Notes: generated by a model from the sequence alone, not told the origin. Counted from the first letter of the stretch, positions 25,294-37,743 are shown. The stretch is DNA of 64,000 nt from Mobula hypostoma (GCF_963921235.1 NC_086107.1:46438001-46502000); one strand, 5' to 3'. Made by a program: numbers and translations.

Positions 25294-26161
25294 TTTATAG
25301 CCTGGGGAAAAGTACACACTCAGGACAACAAATACTTCTTTGGGTTTTAATTCCTTTATCTGTTTTAGATGTTTAAGTGCCAGAAGAGGGTCGCAAAACA
25401 AAACGAACGAATTTACAACCAGATTTTGCAGTAATAATCTCAGTTTAAATTTCGATCCACACATTTGTGTATGGACAGAATTGTGTATGCAGTATAAAAA
25501 TACCAGAACTAATACGGTACTAATACGGTAGTGGCAATCTTGAAGGAACATAATACAAACAACATTAGGATCCCACCCACCCTGTATCTTATACATAACA
25601 GCAAAAAATGTAAGTGAATACATCTCATCTAAGACGTACACACGAGCTGAACTTCCGAACAGAGACTAAACATTCACGTTACGCGGTCAGTCCTGATACA
25701 ATAAAATTAGACAAAAGGTACACTTTGGCACAACTCTTACAAGGTATTGCCTGGTAGTTAAATTACAGGAAGATTGACCTACTTGGATGGTGAGGAACTT
25801 TGCATGAGCCACGCGATCCGGCAACGATGCCTTTACTCGTGAAATTCTAAAGCATCCACATGTAAAACATGTCAAATTACTGATATTCTCGATCCGCCAA
25901 CAAGCATAAACGAATTCACATGGATATTGTCAATTAATCCTCACCTTTCCTCACCATGCCCAGTCTCGGGGAGGAACTCAATTCCAACGCCCCACCAGCG
26001 TCTTCAGCAGAAAACAAAATGGTCTCCCCACTATCCTGCGCATGCGTAATGACATCACTGTCTCCATTAAAGGCACAGACAGCTATTCTAGCATTACATG
26101 GATGGATGCCTAAGTACATTTTTAATGATACTGAAGAAGATCCGACGGTCACCCGGTTACA
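25294..26161 (-). repeat. Gypsy 5' LTR (also preceded by a PPT and a duplicated integrase 3' end)
   Basis: Homologous to 18583-19381; TGTAAC start at 26161, PPT at 26162-26173, ends next to the PBS. Confidence 0.85.
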
Positions 26162-27406
26162 TTCTCCCCTGCGTTCAAATAATTGTCTTCGATTACTCGC
26201 TCACTACAAGGGTACTTTTAACCTCCTTAACTGCTTCTCTAAAGAGAACTGAACTGAGACTAGCCAGTATCTCAGACACTGCTGCTGGACTTATGGAGAC
26301 CTCATCAAGGACGGACCTTGGTTCACGATGTGGGTTAGGGTGCTGTCCAGCATTTACTTGTTTACTCCTGCAGAGTGCTGCTACAAGAGGGCTTCCGACC
26401 TCTGCCCCTGCATTAGCTGTCCTCAGCTCCCCGTCTCAGTTCCAGAAGGTGTCATATTTTCAGAAGCTATGCTGTCTAGGCAAGGGTCAAGACTCTGTGC
26501 AACCTGTTCTGACATACCTTTTATCGCAATAATACCATTTTCTGAACCCTCAGAATCTGATTCATGCCCCAGGGGTGAGCTGGCCTGGGTTACTGGAGTT
26601 TGCAGTCTCCTTCGGGTAGCTGGAGCGGGATGGTTCTCACGGGGCCTGATGTCTACCCTGTTCGCCCTCTTGCTAGGCCCACCCTCCCAAGGTTCCACAG
26701 TGTATGTGTTGCCCAGTACCTCTATCACCCTGTAGACCGTTGAGTTCCAAGCATCCTGGATCTCATTACGGCCTAATGTTCTGTTCCTCAAGTAAATCAG
26801 TGCATCCACATCAACTCTGGGACAGTACACTTTGTCCTCCTGTCAGGCAATGCATTCTGCCACCTTCTGTTCAGAGTATTCTTTTGCTCTGGCATGTGCA
26901 TCCCTCAGTCGGCTCTGGTGTACAGCTAGCCAGTCATGTTTCCGGTCCACCGTCTGTTCTTGCCCCAGCAGAGCATCCACGGGCAAGTGGGGATCCATCC
27001 CAAACAACAGATAGTAAGGTGAATACCCGGTGGTTGCGTGAGGTGTTGCATTCTATGTGTACACCAACTCGGTAGATGTTCTGGCCATCTGCGCTTCTTT
27101 TCTGGAGGCAACGTACGCTCTAGATCATGCATCGTCCTGTTGCAACAGGACTTGAGAGACCTGTTTCTTTTCTACAGACCCGCATATCATAGATAGGACC
27201 ATGCCAAATTCGTATAACTGGACTAGAATTATTCCACAATTCCTCCATTTTAAAAGTATCTGGAATTTTGCTTTGGAGCGAGACACATCAAATTCAATTG
27301 TTGCTACATGTTTTTACGTTTGGCAAAATTCCGGCTATGAATCACTGTTGTTTCATTTTGACATTGCCTGAGTTGATAGAGACACATTTCCTTTATTTTC
27401 ATTCAG

Positions 27407-27484
27407 AGGACACCCAGGCAAAGCCTGATGAACATAAAAGAGAAGAAGAGGAGCCGAATAATCAGGATTCCGGAGAAAATGAAG
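27407..27484 (+). CDS. 78-nt micro-exon E78 (EDTQAKPDEHKREEEEPNNQDSGENE)
   Basis: tttcctttattttcattcag acceptor, AAG|gtaata donor, open, phase 1-1. Confidence 0.7.
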
Positions 27485-27787
27485 GTAATATGACTGTTTG
27501 GACACACAGAGAATTGTTGAAAACTTCACGAGTTTTTCTTTGCATTGCCATTTCTGTAGATTACACACGATTATCTTCTGGTTAATTCTGTGAATCGTGT
27601 CACCATTATTCAGTAACCAGCACAATCAGAAGATTGTTTAAATACTCAACTTTCCTACCAGCACTGACATTACATGTTATTTAAGAGCATTGCACACCAT
27701 GGATGTAAACATGTAAAATCTGTCTCACCTTCACAATGCATGGTCAGTACATCCCAGGTTCCTCACAAATCCTTTCTTTGAATTCAG

Positions 27788-27832
27788 ATCAGAATGCAAA
27801 AAGCACAGTAGGAAAACCAGCCAAAGATACAG
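27788..27832 (+). CDS. 45-nt micro-exon E45 (DQNAKSTVGKPAKDT)
   Basis: ctttctttgaattcag acceptor, CAG|gtaagt donor, open, phase 1-1. Confidence 0.7.
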
Positions 27833-29006
27833 GTAAGTTAAGGCACAAATTTTATGAAAAAAAACAGAAAAAAATGCAAGTATTTACAGTATTTTGTCTG
27901 TTTCTTTTTCTTGCAATTGCATAACACCTTAAGTAGTTGGAGTGGGAAATATCTGTTGTTCCTGTACTGTGGCCTGCAAATTCTTTATCCAGAGAAATTT
28001 TCTAAAGATATTCCCTGCTTAATGCCTGGAAGATCCCTGGAAAATTCATTCCTCTATTCCGTAGCAAAGTTGAACAATCTACATTCCACCAGATTATCTG
28101 AAGATGATTCCTTGAAGACGGTCTAGTCCACTAATTGAAGCAGTCATGTAAATAATCCTCATCCTCCCTTGATCATATATTCATGGCCCTTACTACTGGG
28201 GCAGCACTCTTTAGTCACTGAAGATATTCTGTAATACAACAGAAATGCATGAAATCACAACAGACAAACAGCTGTTTAGAAAGTGTTAGAAATGTCAGGC
28301 CTCTGTCAGTGATGTCATCAGTACAAATTAGTGGTTTTCTTCCAGTTTCTGTAAATTGCATGTGATTGCCATCTCTTAATTCCAGTGAACGTAATCAGCA
28401 TAATTCACTCACCATCACACACAGGGAATATTTCCTTAAATTCCTCAAAGAAAATATCCTTATATTGATGATAGTTTTGAATTGGAACAGAAGAAGAAAT
28501 AGAACCAAATGGACATGCAAATGAGTTAAGGGATGAAAGTAAGGAAAATCCGGAAAAAAATGCAGCAGGAATATTGTTTATAATTGGAAGGCTTCTGTTG
28601 CAAACAAAGTGAGATTCACTTTTCATTAATCCCTTCAAAATTCCAGTGTAGATTGCCTACTTAATGTCTGGAAAATTCCTGAAGATACTGTATAAATTCC
28701 ACCTGCCAGCCTCTCTGGGGCAAAGTAGATTGCTGAAATTTGCAACAGGACTTGAGGCACGTGTCTCTTTTCCACAGACCTGCATTTCATAGACATGACC
28801 ATGCCAAATTAGTATAACTAGACTAGAATTATTCCACAATTCCTCCATTTTAAAAGTATCTGGAATTTTGCTTTGGAACCGAAACATACAAGTTCAGTTG
28901 TTGCTACATGTTTTTACGTGTGGTAAAATTCTGGCTATGTATCACTGTTCTGTCACTTTTACATTGCTTGAGTTGATGGAGACACATTTCCTTTATTTCG
29001 ATTCAG

Positions 29007-29084
29007 TGGGCACCCGGGAAAAGCCTGATGAACGTAAAAGAAAAGAAGAGGATTCGACTAACCAGGATTCAGGAAAAAATGAAG
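29007..29084 (+). CDS. E78 copy
   Basis: Intact AG/GT, 78 nt, open frame. Confidence 0.6.
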
Positions 29085-29383
29085 GTAATATGTTTGTTGG
29101 GACACACAGTTGTTGAAAACTTGGTGAGCTTTTGCTTGCATTGCAGTTTCTGTAGATTACACAAAATTATCTTCTAGTTGATTCTGTGAATACTGTCACC
29201 ATTATTCAGTAACCAGCACACCCAGAAGATTGTTTAAATATTCAACTATCCTACCAGCACTGAGTTTACAAATTATTTGAGAGCATTGCACACCATGGAT
29301 GTAAACATGCAAAATCTGTGTCACCATCAAAATCCATGGTCAGTAAATCCCAGGCTCCTCACATATCCTTTCTTTGATTTCAG

Positions 29384-29428
29384 ATCCGCATGCAAAAAGC
29401 ACAGTAGGAAAAGCAGCCAAAGATGCAG
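29384..29428 (+). CDS. E45 copy
   Basis: Intact AG and CAG|gtaagc, 45 nt, open frame. Confidence 0.6.
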
Positions 29429-30601
29429 GTAAGCTAAGGCACAAATTTTATGAAAAAATACAGAAAAATTGCAAGAATTTACAGTATTTTGTCTGTTTCT
29501 TTTTCTTGCAATCGCATAACACCTTAAGTAGCTGGAGTGGGAAATATCTGTTGTTCCTGTACTGTGGCCTGCAAATTCTTTATCCAGAGAAATTTTCTAA
29601 AGATATTCCCTGCTTAATGCCTGGAAGATCCCTGGAAAATTCATTCCTCCATTCTGTAGCAAAGTTGAACAATCTATATTCCACCAGATTATCTGAAGAT
29701 GATTCCTCGAAGATGGTCTAGTCCACTAATTGAAGCAGTCATGTAAATAATCCTCATCCTCCCTTGATCATATATTCATGGCCCTTACTACTGGGGCAGC
29801 ACTCTTTAGTCACTGACTATATTCTGTAATACAACAGAAATGCATGAAATCACAACAGACAAACAGCTGTTTAGAAAGTGTTAGAAATGTTAGGCCTCTG
29901 TCAGTGATGTCATCAGTACAAATTAGTGGTTTTCTTCCAGTTTCTGTAAATTGCATGTGATTGCCATCTCTTAATTCCAGTGAACGTAATCAGCATAATT
30001 CACTCACCATCACACACAGGGAATATTTCCTTAAATTCCTCAAAGAAAATATCCTTATATTGATGATAGTTTTGAATTGGAACAGAAGAAGAAATAGAAC
30101 CAAATGGACATGCAAATGAGTTAAGGGATGAAAGTAAGGAAAATCCGGAAAAAAATGCAGCAGGAATATTGTTTATAATTGGAAGGCTTCTGTTGCAAAC
30201 AAAGTGAGATTCACTTTTCATTAATCCCTTCAAAATTCCAGTGTAGATTGCCTACTTAATGTCTGGAAAATTCCTGAAGATACTGTATAAATTCCATCTG
30301 CCAGCCTCTCTGGGGCAAAGTAGATTGCTGAAATTTGCAACAGGACTTGAGGCACGTGTCTCTTTTCCACAGACCTGCATTTCATAGACATGACCATGCC
30401 AAATTAGTATAACTAGACTAGAATTATTCCACAATTCCTCCATTTTAAAAGTATCTGGAATTTTGCTTTGGAACCGAAACATACAAGTTCAGTTGTTGCT
30501 ACATGTTTTTACGTGTGGTAAAATTCTGGCTATGTATCACTGTTCTGTCACTTTTACATTGCTTGAGTTGATGGAGACACATTTCCTTTATTTCGATTCA
30601 G

Positions 30602-30679
30602 TGGGCACCCGGGAAAAGCCTGATGAACGTAAAAGAAAAGAAGAGGATTCGACTAACCAGGATTCAGGAAAAAATGAAG
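30602..30679 (+). CDS. E78 copy
   Basis: Intact AG/GT, 78 nt, identical to the 29007 copy. Confidence 0.6.
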
Positions 30680-30978
30680 GTAATATGTTTGTTGGGACAC
30701 ACAGTTGTTGAAAACTTGGTGAGCTTTTGCTTGCATTGCAGTTTCTGTAGATTACACAAAATTATCTTCTAGTTGATTCTGTGAATACTGTCACCATTAT
30801 TCAGTAACCAGCACACCCAGAAGATTGTTTAAATATTCAACTATCCTTCCAGCACTGAGTTTACATGTTATTTGAGAGCATTGCACACCATGGATGTAAG
30901 CATGCAAAATCTGTCTCACCATCAAAATCCATGGTCAGTAAATCCCAGGCTCCTCACATATCCTTTCTTTGATTTCAG

Positions 30979-31023
30979 ATCCGCATGCAAAAAGCACAGT
31001 AGGAAAAACAGCCAAAGATGCAG
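30979..31023 (+). CDS. E45 copy
   Basis: Intact AG and CAG|gtaagc, 45 nt, open frame. Confidence 0.6.
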
Positions 31024-31658
31024 GTAAGCTAAGGCACAAATTTTATGAAAAAATACAGAAAAAATGCAAGTATTTACAGTATTTAATCTGTTTCTTTTTC
31101 TTGCAATTGTATAACACCTAAAGTTAGTTGGAGTGAATTGTTGTTCCTCTACTGTTGTCTCCAAATTCTTTACCCGGGAAATTTTCTGAAGACATTGCCT
31201 GCTTAATGCCTGGAAAATCCCTGGAAAATTCATTCCACCATTCTGTAGCAAAGTTGAACAGCCTACATTCCACCAGATTATCTGAAGATGATTCCTTGAA
31301 GACGGTCTAGTCCACTAATTGGAGCGGTCATGTAAATAATCCTCCTCCTCCCTTGATCATATATTCATGGCGTTTACTACTGGGGCTGCACTCTCTAGTC
31401 TCTGCCTATACTCTGCAATACAACAGCACTGCATAATTTCACAAAATACAAACAGCTGTTTAGTAAATGTCAGAAATGTCATGCCTCTGTCAATGTTGTC
31501 ATCGATACAAATTAGTGGTTTTCTTCCAGCTTCTGTAAATTGCATTTGATTGCCATCTCTTAATTCCTGAGAACGTTATCAGGATAATTCACTTACCATC
31601 ACACACAGGGAATATTTCCCTAAATTCCTGAAAGACAATATCCTTTCATTGATGACAG

Positions 31659-31721
31659 TTTCGAATGGAACAGAAGAAGAAATAGAACCAAATGGACATG
31701 CAAATAAGTTGAGGGATGAAA
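31659..31721 (+). CDS. 63-nt micro-exon E63 (VSNGTEEEIEPNGHANKLRDE)
   Basis: ttcattgatgacag acceptor, AAA|gtaagg donor, 63 nt, open, phase 1-1. Confidence 0.6.
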
Positions 31722-32106
31722 GTAAGGAAAATCCATAAAAAACTGCAGGAATATTGTTTACAATTGCAAGGCTTCTGTTGCAAACAACGTGAGATTCACT
31801 TTTCATTAATCCCTTCAAAATTTCGGCAAACATTGCCTGCTTTATGCCTGGGAAATTATTGAAGATACTGTATACATTCCATCTGCCAACCTCTCTGGGC
31901 AAAGTAGATTGCTGAAATTTGCAACAGGACTTGAGGAACGTGTCTCTTTTCTACAGACCTGCATTTCATAGACAGGACCATGCCAAATTAGTGTAACTGG
32001 GCGAGAATTATTCCACAATTCATCCATTTTAAATGTATCTGGAATTTTGCTCTGGAACCGACACATAATATGTATTATTGTATAACTTTTAAACTGGCAT
32101 CTGTAG

Positions 32107-32180
32107 ATTCCAGTTAGTGCGAACCAATGAAAAAAGCAGATCAAACCTGCCAACCACTTACTCACAGATAACATTTCAGT
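32107..32180 (+). pseudogene. Dead paralog of the 84-nt exon
   Basis: Same acceptor context (gcatctgtag) and downstream intron as 17271; AAG changed to TAG at 32115-32117; gtaagt donor missing. Confidence 0.7.
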
Positions 32181-32983
32181 GATTGACATGTCTGATTATA
32201 GTAAAGGCAAAATCTCCATTTTTAATGATGCACTCTGAACACACCACATTATATAAAGATGTTAAAAACAGTTTAGACATGTTCTCAGAATTGAAGAAAA
32301 AGCTCATATAATGTCAAGGTAGTTCTATATGTTGCACACACTTAATATACATTGTACAGAAATACTGAAGTGGGGGATATGATTTTCAAAACTTTCCATG
32401 ACTCTATTCAACACCAGGGAATCAGGTCAGTTTCTCTTCTGGTTGATGAGTGTTCAATTCACTTCCCTTCAAATGTCACCTCAACTAAAGGCTTAAGTTT
32501 AATATTTCAACTGGAAGCTACATCTCTTTACATCAAAAACAAGAATGGAAAGCAAAATCACTTGCATAATGGGTGATTTCATGGATAGCCTTTGTCCAGG
32601 TATTAGCTAAGTGGTCACAATTGTCCTTTCAAAGATCCAAATTTGCGGTTTAATTCATAATTCTTAAAAAAAAAGAATCTGACTACTCTGATATCCTCTA
32701 CTTATTAAAATATAAAGATAAGTGAAAAATAAACAGTCAATGTTTCAATTCCTTCATATCAAATGTACATCATAAAAACAAATTTATTATATTTGCTTCA
32801 TGACTTATGTCTTGGCTCAATATGTTGTCTGTTTATTCACCTCTATAGGTGCTGCCTGGCTTGCTGAGTTCCTCAGCATTTTGTGTGTGCTGCTCAAGAT
32901 ATCTAGCATCTGCAGAATCTCTTATGTCAGAGAAATGAAATATTGTGTTTATATTACATCATTTTTTTTTGCTTGTTCCTCAG

Positions 32984-33409
32984 CTCCTACAATTAGTGAT
33001 ATAGCAAATCCCTTTCAACTCTGGCATGGTAAAACTGCCTACCTGAATTGGAATGTTACCATTCCCACTGGAGTTCCAATGGAAATTAAAATATTCCTGA
33101 AGAGAAAAATAAAGGAAGAAACAGAGAAAAAACAACTATTTCACTGGAAATTGTTAGCAGAACAACTACATGGACCACAAAAAGTGACTGCACCTCTGAA
33201 AGATATACGTGATCCATGCGAGGAAGATAATTTCTTCACTGCTGATGTACCAGATTTACAACGCGCAAACGAGGGGGGTTTTCACATACCCTGCAGTATT
33301 AAAGTGCAGCCTGATATATCCACAGATAATGGGACTGAGTTAATCATTGAAATTTATCCGGACTCTTTGGAGAAAGTCTGTACTTCAACAGTACTTCAAG
33401 TTACATCAG
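32984..33409 (+). CDS. 426-nt exon encoding a divergent Ig(C1)-like domain
   Basis: Long T-rich tract ending ttgttcctcag, open 142 codons, TCAG|gtaaat donor, phase 1-1; APTISDIANPFQLWHGKTAYLNWNVT..IKIFLKR..FHIPCSIKVQPDISTDNGTELIIEI..LQVTS. Confidence 0.75.
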
Positions 33410-33954
33410 GTAAATTGTGCACATTGTTGCTCACAGAAATACTTTCAAATGTGAAGAGTAATTTAGCTTCTCTTTGTATGGAGGCAGCCGAATCTGTCTA
33501 TTATTCCTGCTTTTCATTTAAATTTCCAGGAAGGACAATTTTTCTTTTAAATTTTCAAAAATGCAGTATCATCAGAATGAGTTTGTATTGGAAGAATAAT
33601 GTACCATTTATTCTTTGAGACAGTGACCAAACAGTCCATATACGTGTGCTAAGTACCTCATGATGCTTTTTATGTATAGTTTCTGCAGTTGTAAAATACA
33701 TGGGACACAATACAGCATGCTGTTCTACAAAGGAAAATGCCAGTGATCTATCAACTAATAGGTTAGGACAAAGTTGATTACACAGTTGCTTCGGAATGTA
33801 GTACTCCCTCTATATTCCACTGAAATACCACCTCAACAGGGTGCTGAAATCTGAAGGTGGAGCCATCAACAGAAACCTTCTGAAACATAACCAAGAACAC
33901 AGACAACTGGGTCAAAATGAATAGTTAGTCATTTTAGTTAGTTAGTTAGAGCAC

Positions 33955-36225
33955 CCCTGTGGCCGTTCCCACCAATAATAAGTATATCATTTTGGATACT
34001 GTTGATGGGGACGACCTACCAGGGACAAGTTACAGTGTTTGCGTCTCTGGCACTGAGACGGGACCCTCAGCTCAGAAGGGAAGGAGGGAAAAGAGGAGAG
34101 CAGTAGTGATAGGGGATTCGATAGTTTGGGGGACAGAAAAGAGGTTTTGTGGAAGAGATAGATAATCCCCGATGGTTTGTTACCTCCCTGGTGCCAAGGT
34201 CCGCGATATCTCAGATCGAGTTCTCAGTATTCTCGAGAGGGAGGGTGAACAGCTGGATGTCGTGGTCCATGTAGGGACCAATGACGTGGATAGGAAGAGT
34301 GAGGAGGTTCTGAAAGGCTAGTTTAGGGAGTTAGGTGCCAAGTTAAAGGACAGGACCTCCAGGATAGCAATCTCAGGATTGCCACCAGTGCCACATGCAG
34401 GTGGGTTTAGAAATAGTAAGATAACGCAGATCAACAAGTGGCTGGAGACATAGTGCAGGAGGGAGGGCTTCAGATTTGTAGATAATTCGGCAGTTTTCCA
34501 GGGAAGGTGGAACCTGTTCTGGCGGGACGGTTTACATCTTAACTGGAGGGGGACAAATATTCTTGCAGGTAGGTTTGCTAGAGAGGCTCCAGTGGATTTA
34601 AACTAGATACAAGGGGGGAGAGGAACCAGACTGTAGGAACAGATGTAGGAGAGAAGGAAGGAAAAGGAGATAGTAAAGTTGTTTTCACGGTCAGTAATAA
34701 ACAAAGAGAAAGAGGTGGAAAATTTCTTAAATGCATTTATTTTAATGCTAGGAGCATTGAAAGAAAGGTGGATGAGCTTAGAGCATGGATTGATACCTGG
34801 AAGTATGATGATGTAGCTATTAGTGAAACATGGCTGCAGGAGGGGTGTGATTGGCAACTAAATATTCCTGGATTTCATTGCTTCAGGTGTGATAGACTCG
34901 GAGGGACAAGAGGGGGAGGTGTTGCATTGCTTGTCAGACAGAATATTACAGCGGTGCTCTGGCAGGATAGATTAGAGGGCTCGTCTAGGGAGGCTATTTG
35001 GGTGGAATTGAGGAATGGGAAAGGTGTAGTAACACTTATAGGGGTGTATATTAGACCACCAAATGGGGAGCGAAAATTGGAGGAGCAAATTTGTAAGGAG
35101 ATAGCAGATATTTGTAGTAAGCACAAAGTTGTGATTGTGGGAGACTTTAATTTTCCACACATAGACTGGGAAGCCCATACTGTAAAAAGACTGGATGGTT
35201 TGGAATTTGTAAAATGTGTGCAGGATAGTTTTTTGCAGCAATACATAGAGGTACCAACTAGAGAAGGGGCAGTGTTGGATATCCTGTTAGGGAATGAGAT
35301 AGGTCAGGTGACAGAGGTTTGTGTTGGGGAGCACTTCGGGACCGGTGATCACTGTTGTAGCATGGATGAAATTACCAGAGAGACAGAGTCACTGGTAGAT
35401 ACAAAGTAGCTTCTTTATTCGACACAACAAGGTACAGTAGGCACCTTACTAATGGAGATGCTTTCCGCAGAAAGGTCTGCTAGCTAAATGTGGGGTCAAT
35501 ATTTATATGCTAAATACAAAGGTAATTGCTACTTAAAAGTTATAGACAATGCTTCCCATTGAAGCTACATACAAAATATCACACCATCCTTTCCTCCTGA
35601 CGCCAACATGTCTGGGTTGGTATCCACAGACTTTAGGAATGTAAGTTAAGTCTATTTATTTGGCATTTCCGGTGCTAACATAGAAGGCAATTAATATTTA
35701 TAATGTATAGGTGATACTGCCTTCGAAACTACAGCATCAGGTCAAACTACCAGAAGCATCTGGTATTCACACCTTTTGGGAAGCCCATTGTGGTGGACTC
35801 AATCCACAGTCCTTTGTCAAACAGATAAAATAGAAGTCTGGTGGCCAAAGTCATTTAAGTGTAAACAAATCATCTACCCAAAAAGAAATCCACTCTAACA
35901 ATCACAATACCATTAGTTTCAATATAATTATGGAGAAGGATAGGTCTGGACCCAGGGTTGAGATTTTTGATTCAAGAAAGGCTAACTTTAAGGAAATGCA
36001 AAAGGATTTAGAAGAGTGGATTGGGACAATTTGTTTTATGGGAAGGATGTAATAGAGAAATTGAGGTCATTTCAAGATGAAATTTTGAGGGTACAGAATC
36101 TTTATGTTCCTGTTAGGTTGAAAGGAAAGGATAAAAGTTTGAGAAAGCCATGGTTTTCAAGGGTTATTGGAAACTTGGCTCGCAAAAAGAGAGATATCTA
36201 CAATAAATATAGGCAGCATGGAGTA
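33955..36225 (+). mobile_element. CR1-type LINE (ORF1 esterase remnant + APE endonuclease), interrupted by a solo LTR
   Basis: AVVIGDSIV and VHVGTND esterase motifs; ORF 34768-35409 DVAISETWL..VIVGDFNFPHIDW..EGAVLDILL. Confidence 0.92.
35353..35900 (-). mobile_element. Solo LTR (548 bp)
   Basis: TGTT..AACA termini, perfect 5-bp TSD ATCAC (35348-35352, 35901-35905); TATA-like and AATAAA signals on the minus strand. Confidence 0.85.
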
Positions 36226-37258
36226 AATATAACCATATAACAATTACAGCACGGAAAAAGGCCATCTCGGCCCTTCTAGTCCATACCGAACTCTTACTCT
36301 CACCAAGTCCCACCGACCTGCACTCAGGCCATAACCCTCCTTTCCTCTCCTGTCCATATAGCTGTCCAATTTAACTTTAAACGACAACATCAAACCTGCC
36401 TCAACCACTTGTGCTGGAAGCTCATTCCACACAGCTACCACTCTCTGAGTAAAGAAGTTCCCCATCATGTTACCCCTAAACTTTTGCCCTTTAACTCTCA
36501 ACTCATGTCCTCTTGTTTGAATCTCCCCCACTCTCAATGGAAAAAGCCTATCCACGTCAACTCTGTCTATCCCCCTCATAATTTTAAATACCTCTATCAA
36601 GTCCCCCCTCAACCTTCTACACTCCAAAGAATAAAGACCCAACTTGTTGAACCTTTCTCTGTAACTTAGGTGATGAAACCCAGCTAACATTCTAGTAAAC
36701 CTTCTCAGTACTCTCCCTATTTTGTTGACATCTTTCCTATAATTCAGTGACCAAAATTGTACACAATACTCCAAATTTGGCCTCACCAATGCCTTGTACA
36801 ATTTCAACAATACATCCCAACTCCTATACTCAATGCTCTGATTTATAAAGGCCAGCATAACAAAAGCTTTCTTCACCACCCTATCCACATGAGATTCCAC
36901 CTTCAGGGAACTATGCACCATTATTCCTAGATCCCTCTGTTCTACTGCATTCTTCAATGCCCTACCATTTACCATGTATGTCCTATTTTGATTAGTCCAA
37001 CCAAAATGTAGCACCCCACATTTATCAGCCTACCTCATTATCCACAACACCACCTATCTTAGTATCATCTGCATGCTTACTAATCCAATTTACCTCCCCA
37101 TCATCCAGATCATTAATGTATATAACAAACAACATTGGACCCAGTACAGATCCCTGAGGCACACCACTAGTCACCGGCCTCCAATCTGACAAACAGTTAT
37201 CCACCACTGCTCTCTGGCTTCGCCCATCCAGCCACTGCTGAATCCATTTTACTACTTT
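36226..37258 (-). mobile_element. CR1-type LINE 3' fragment
   Basis: ORFs [19 protein letters not shown] and RPNLEYCVQFWS..RRLRGDLIE; tail at 36226-36245. Confidence 0.92.
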
Positions 37259-37260
37259 GA

Positions 37261-37475
37261 TATTAGATTAGATTAGATTAGATTCAACTTTATTGTCATT
37301 GTGCCAAGTACAGATACAAAGCCAATGAAATGCATTTAGCATCTAACCAGAAATGCAAAGAATAGTTATTTAAAAAATAACCGTGAATAAAAATGTGCTA
37401 CAGCACACAAATATATAAGTACTGAGACAGTACAATACAGATGCAATACTGCTTAGCGCTGTGATGAGAGGTTAC
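37261..37475 (-). mobile_element. LINE 3' end with (TCTAA)n tail
   Basis: Reverse complement of 57850-58059. Confidence 0.75.
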
Positions 37476-37698
37476 ACACAATTATCTTCTAGTTAATTCT
37501 GTGAATAGTGTCTCCATTATTCAATAATGAGCACAGCCATAAGATTGTTTAAATATTCAACTTTCCTACCAGCACTGACTTTACATGATATTTGAGAGCA
37601 TTGCACACCATGGATGTAAACATGCAAAATCTGTGTCACCATCACAATCCATGGTCAGGATATCCCAGGATCCTCATATATCCTTTCTTTGATTTCAG

Positions 37699-37743
37699 AT
37701 CCAAATGCAAAAAGCACAGGAGGAAAAACAGCCAAAGATGCAG
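37699..37743 (+). CDS. E45 copy (intact)
   Basis: AG and CAG|gtaagt, 45 nt, DPNAKSTGGKTAKDA. Confidence 0.6.

Larger units (their letters stand above)
18583..27142 (-). mobile_element. Gypsy LTR retrotransposon complex: truncated LTR - internal region (gag, protease, integrase; RT/RNaseH deleted) - LTR - second partial internal 3' end
   Basis: Integrase ORF 20185-21189 ([29 protein letters not shown]); gag YIPRERHIVPF and a CCHC-like C-terminus; protease; 18585-20340 is repeated at 25365-27140. Confidence 0.92.
27141..32065 (+). repeat. Tandem array 1 of the ~1595-bp exon-bearing unit (about 3 units)
   Basis: Identical ORFs at 28405/30000, 28657/30252 and 28868/30463, all 1595 bp apart. Confidence 0.95.

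Noticed and set aside
31585-31605. Consensus donor ATG|gtaagt on the minus strand in some units
   Set aside because: Not conserved across copies (cttacc, ctcacc, cttgcc, catacc), and no matching acceptor or coherent exon was found.
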